This document shows, piece after piece, positions 62,335 to 64,000 of a DNA stretch of 64,000 bases. Position 1 is the stretch's first letter; every line of letters begins with the position of its first letter. Under the pieces are notes generated by a model. That model saw nothing but the letters and a program-made list of their open reading frames with translations. It did not search any database and was not told the DNA's origin. Both the position numbers and the translations under genes were made by a program. The stretch is from Candidatus Nanopelagicales bacterium (lineage in GTDB: Bacteria; Actinomycetota; Actinomycetes; S36-B12; GCA-2699445), in contig JAUYJT010000044.1 in NCBI GenBank assembly GCA_030700225.1, positions 18,516 through 82,515 on the forward strand, read 5' to 3'.

Positions 62335-64000
62335 CTAGTCGTCAGCCGCAGATGACGGGTCGAGACTACCGTCAGGACCGTCTCCTGGGAACGATTCACC
62401 GGACTCTTCGGCCGCGTCGTCATCCTCGGGGGTCTCCTGCTCAGCTGAGCGCGCGACCGCCACGACGCTCTGCCCCTCCCCGAGCCCCATCAACGACACT
62501 CCCATCGTGGCGCGCCCCGTGGCGCGGATCTGACTAACGGGGGTCCTAATCACCACCCCGCTGTCGGCAATGGCCAGGATCTCGTCAGTCTCCTCGCACA
62601 CAAGCGCCCCAACGAGCGCTCCCCGCTCGCTGACCAGACGCATCGCACGCACGCCCTTGATGTTCCGGCCCTTGCGGTTCCATTCGGCTACCGGAGTGCG
62701 CTTGGCGAACCCGCCGTCGGTGACGGTCACGCAGTACGTGTCAGCACGGGCAACCTCCATGGACAGCAGCTCATCGCCCGGTGCCAGCCGAATCCCGCCG
62801 ACGCCACCGGTGGCTCGACCCATCGGGCGCAGCTGCGCGTCATCGGCCAGGAACCGGACCGACATCCCTTTCCGGGACACGAGCAGCAGATCGTCCTGAG
62901 CGGACAACAGTTCGGCGGAAATGACTTCGTCGTCGTCCACCAAGTTGATGGCGATGATCCCGCCAGTCCGGCTTGAGTCGAACTCCCGCAGGCGGGTCTT
63001 CTTGATCCTGCCGCGCTTGGTCGCCAGCACCAGGTGCTCGCAGTCCTCATAGCCGCGAAGCGCCAGCACTTGAGCGATCGTCTCATCCGGCTGGAAGGCC
63101 AGCAGGTTAGCGACGTGCTGGCCCTTGGCATCCCTGCCGGCCTCCGGGAGCTGGTAGGCCTTGGCGCGGTAGACGCGACCCTTGCTGGTAAAGAACAGGA
63201 TCCAGTTGTGCGTCGTAGTCACGAATAGGTGCTCGACAACATCGTCGGCCCGCAACTGGGCACCGCGCACACCACGGCCTCCCCTGCGCTGAGACCTGTA
63301 CAGCTCCAGCTGGGTGCGCTTGGCGTAGCCGGACCGGGTGATCGTAACGACCACGTCCGTCTCGGCGATGAAGTCCTCATCGGCCATGTCGCCCTCCCAG
63401 GGGGCGAACTGGGTGCGGCGCTCGTCACCGAACCGAGCCACAACGTCAGTCAGTTCCGATGCGACGATGTGGCGCTGACGCTCCGGGCTGGCCAGGATGT
63501 CATTGAAATCGGCGATCTTCGTCATCAGATCCGCATGCTCGTCGAGGATCTTCTGGTGCTCCAGAGCTGCCAGGCGCCGCAGCTGCATGTCCAGGATCGC
63601 GGTCGCCTGGATCTCGTCGATCTGAAGCAGGTCGATCAGGCCAGAGCGGGCGTCATCCACGGTTGGAGACCGCCGGATCAACGCGATCACAGCGTCGATC
63701 GCGTCCAGCGCCTTCAAGTACCCCAGCAGTATGTGAGCGCGCTCTTCGGCTTTGCGCAACCGATAGCGGGTCCTACGCTGAACCACCTCGATCTGATGCG
63801 CGACCCAGAATGTGACGAACTGATCCAGCGTCAGCGTTCGGGGAACTCCGTCCACTAGCGCCAGCATGTTGGCCCCGAAAGTGTCCTGCAGGGCTGTGTG
63901 CTTGTACAGGTTGTTCAGCACGACCTGCGCGACCGCGTCGCGTTTCAGCTCGATGATCAAGCGCATGCCGGTCCGCGATGATGAATCGTCTCGAACGTCA
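62335..64000 (-). CDS. gyrA: DNA gyrase subunit A, C-terminal two thirds (5' end beyond window)
   Basis: The frame stays open to base 64000 (...[35 protein letters not shown]). Beta-pinwheel repeats are followed by an acidic tail. The track ORF start at 63966 is an internal Met. Confidence 0.95.
   Translation of the reverse strand, partial: DVRDDSSSRTGMRLIIELKRDAVAQVVLNNLYKHTALQDTFGANMLALVDGVPRTLTLDQFVTFWVAHQIEVVQRRTRYRLRKAEERAHILLGYLKALDAIDAVIALIRRSPTVDDARSGLIDLLQIDEIQATAILDMQLRRLAALEHQKILDEHADLMTKIADFNDILASPERQRHIVASELTDVVARFGDERRTQFAPWEGDMADEDFIAETDVVVTITRSGYAKRTQLELYRSQRRGGRGVRGAQLRADDVVEHLFVTTTHNWILFFTSKGRVYRAKAYQLPEAGRDAKGQHVANLLAFQPDETIAQVLALRGYEDCEHLVLATKRGRIKKTRLREFDSSRTGGIIAINLVDDDEVISAELLSAQDDLLLVSRKGMSVRFLADDAQLRPMGRATGGVGGIRLAPGDELLSMEVARADTYCVTVTDGGFAKRTPVAEWNRKGRNIKGVRAMRLVSERGALVGALVCEETDEILAIADSGVVIRTPVSQIRATGRATMGVSLMGLGEGQSVVAVARSAEQETPEDDDAAEESGESFPGDGPDGSLDPSSAADD

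Noticed and set aside
61495-62355. 286-aa plus-strand ORF
   Set aside because: It runs antisense across tRNA-Ala, the DLW-39 ORF, tRNA-Ile and the DUF3566 gene, and is an artefact of high GC.

Overview
High-GC actinobacterial (Actinomycetota) chromosomal window with about 57 protein genes, 3 tRNAs and one sub-60-aa micro-ORF. All functional calls come from motif recognition, codon-phase (GC3) inspection by hand and gene context; no database search was run. Starts were re-picked where the ORF track over-extends. LEFT (1-20 kb): TAP-like hydrolase fragment, Cys-type sulfatase, a three-module secreted peptidoglycan hydrolase, cydAB (no cydDC), a divergent zur/znuABC zinc locus with a Zur box, PhzF-like isomerase, an Rpf-type transglycosylase divergent from a LAS-type peptidoglycan peptidase, then a poorly conserved stretch of small or hypothetical genes. 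MIDDLE (20-42 kb): a co-directional tightly packed run of S8 protease with a Trp/Arg repeat tail, sensor kinase, receiver-only regulator, CoA-transferase, LMW-PTP-like protein and cysD-cysNC. This is followed by an aquaporin, a FadE5-like acyl-CoA dehydrogenase, two tandem DHA2-type MFS paralogues, an RTX-like secreted protein, PPK2 and feoABC. RIGHT (42-64 kb): the conserved oriC-proximal actinobacterial block of tRNA-Leu, fhaA-fhaB-pstP-rodA-pbpA-pknB, trpG, crgA, rhomboid, ppiA, tRNA-Ala, DLW-39 micro-ORF, tRNA-Ile, DUF3566 and partial gyrA. That block is interrupted by a GH15 glucoamylase and by a 6-gene accessory block (53.8-59.7 kb) containing a class II Fic protein. The items most worth follow-up are listed here. 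(1) The S8 protease whose C-terminus is 16 W-x-G-R-R-W-A units, partly encoded by perfect 45-bp tandem repeats, apparently co-transcribed with a two-component pair. (2) A 107-nt non-coding element present twice (81/107 identical, ungapped) upstream of two secreted-protein genes 23 kb apart. (3) A cluster of four DnaA-box-like 9-mers outside oriC. (4) A rhomboid gene whose conserved Cys4 zinc ribbon lies upstream of any canonical start codon. (5) A dispersed G/C-run hairpin repeat family. (6) A triple 12-bp tandem repeat in front of the Fic gene. No CRISPR array, transposase, integrase or rRNA was seen.
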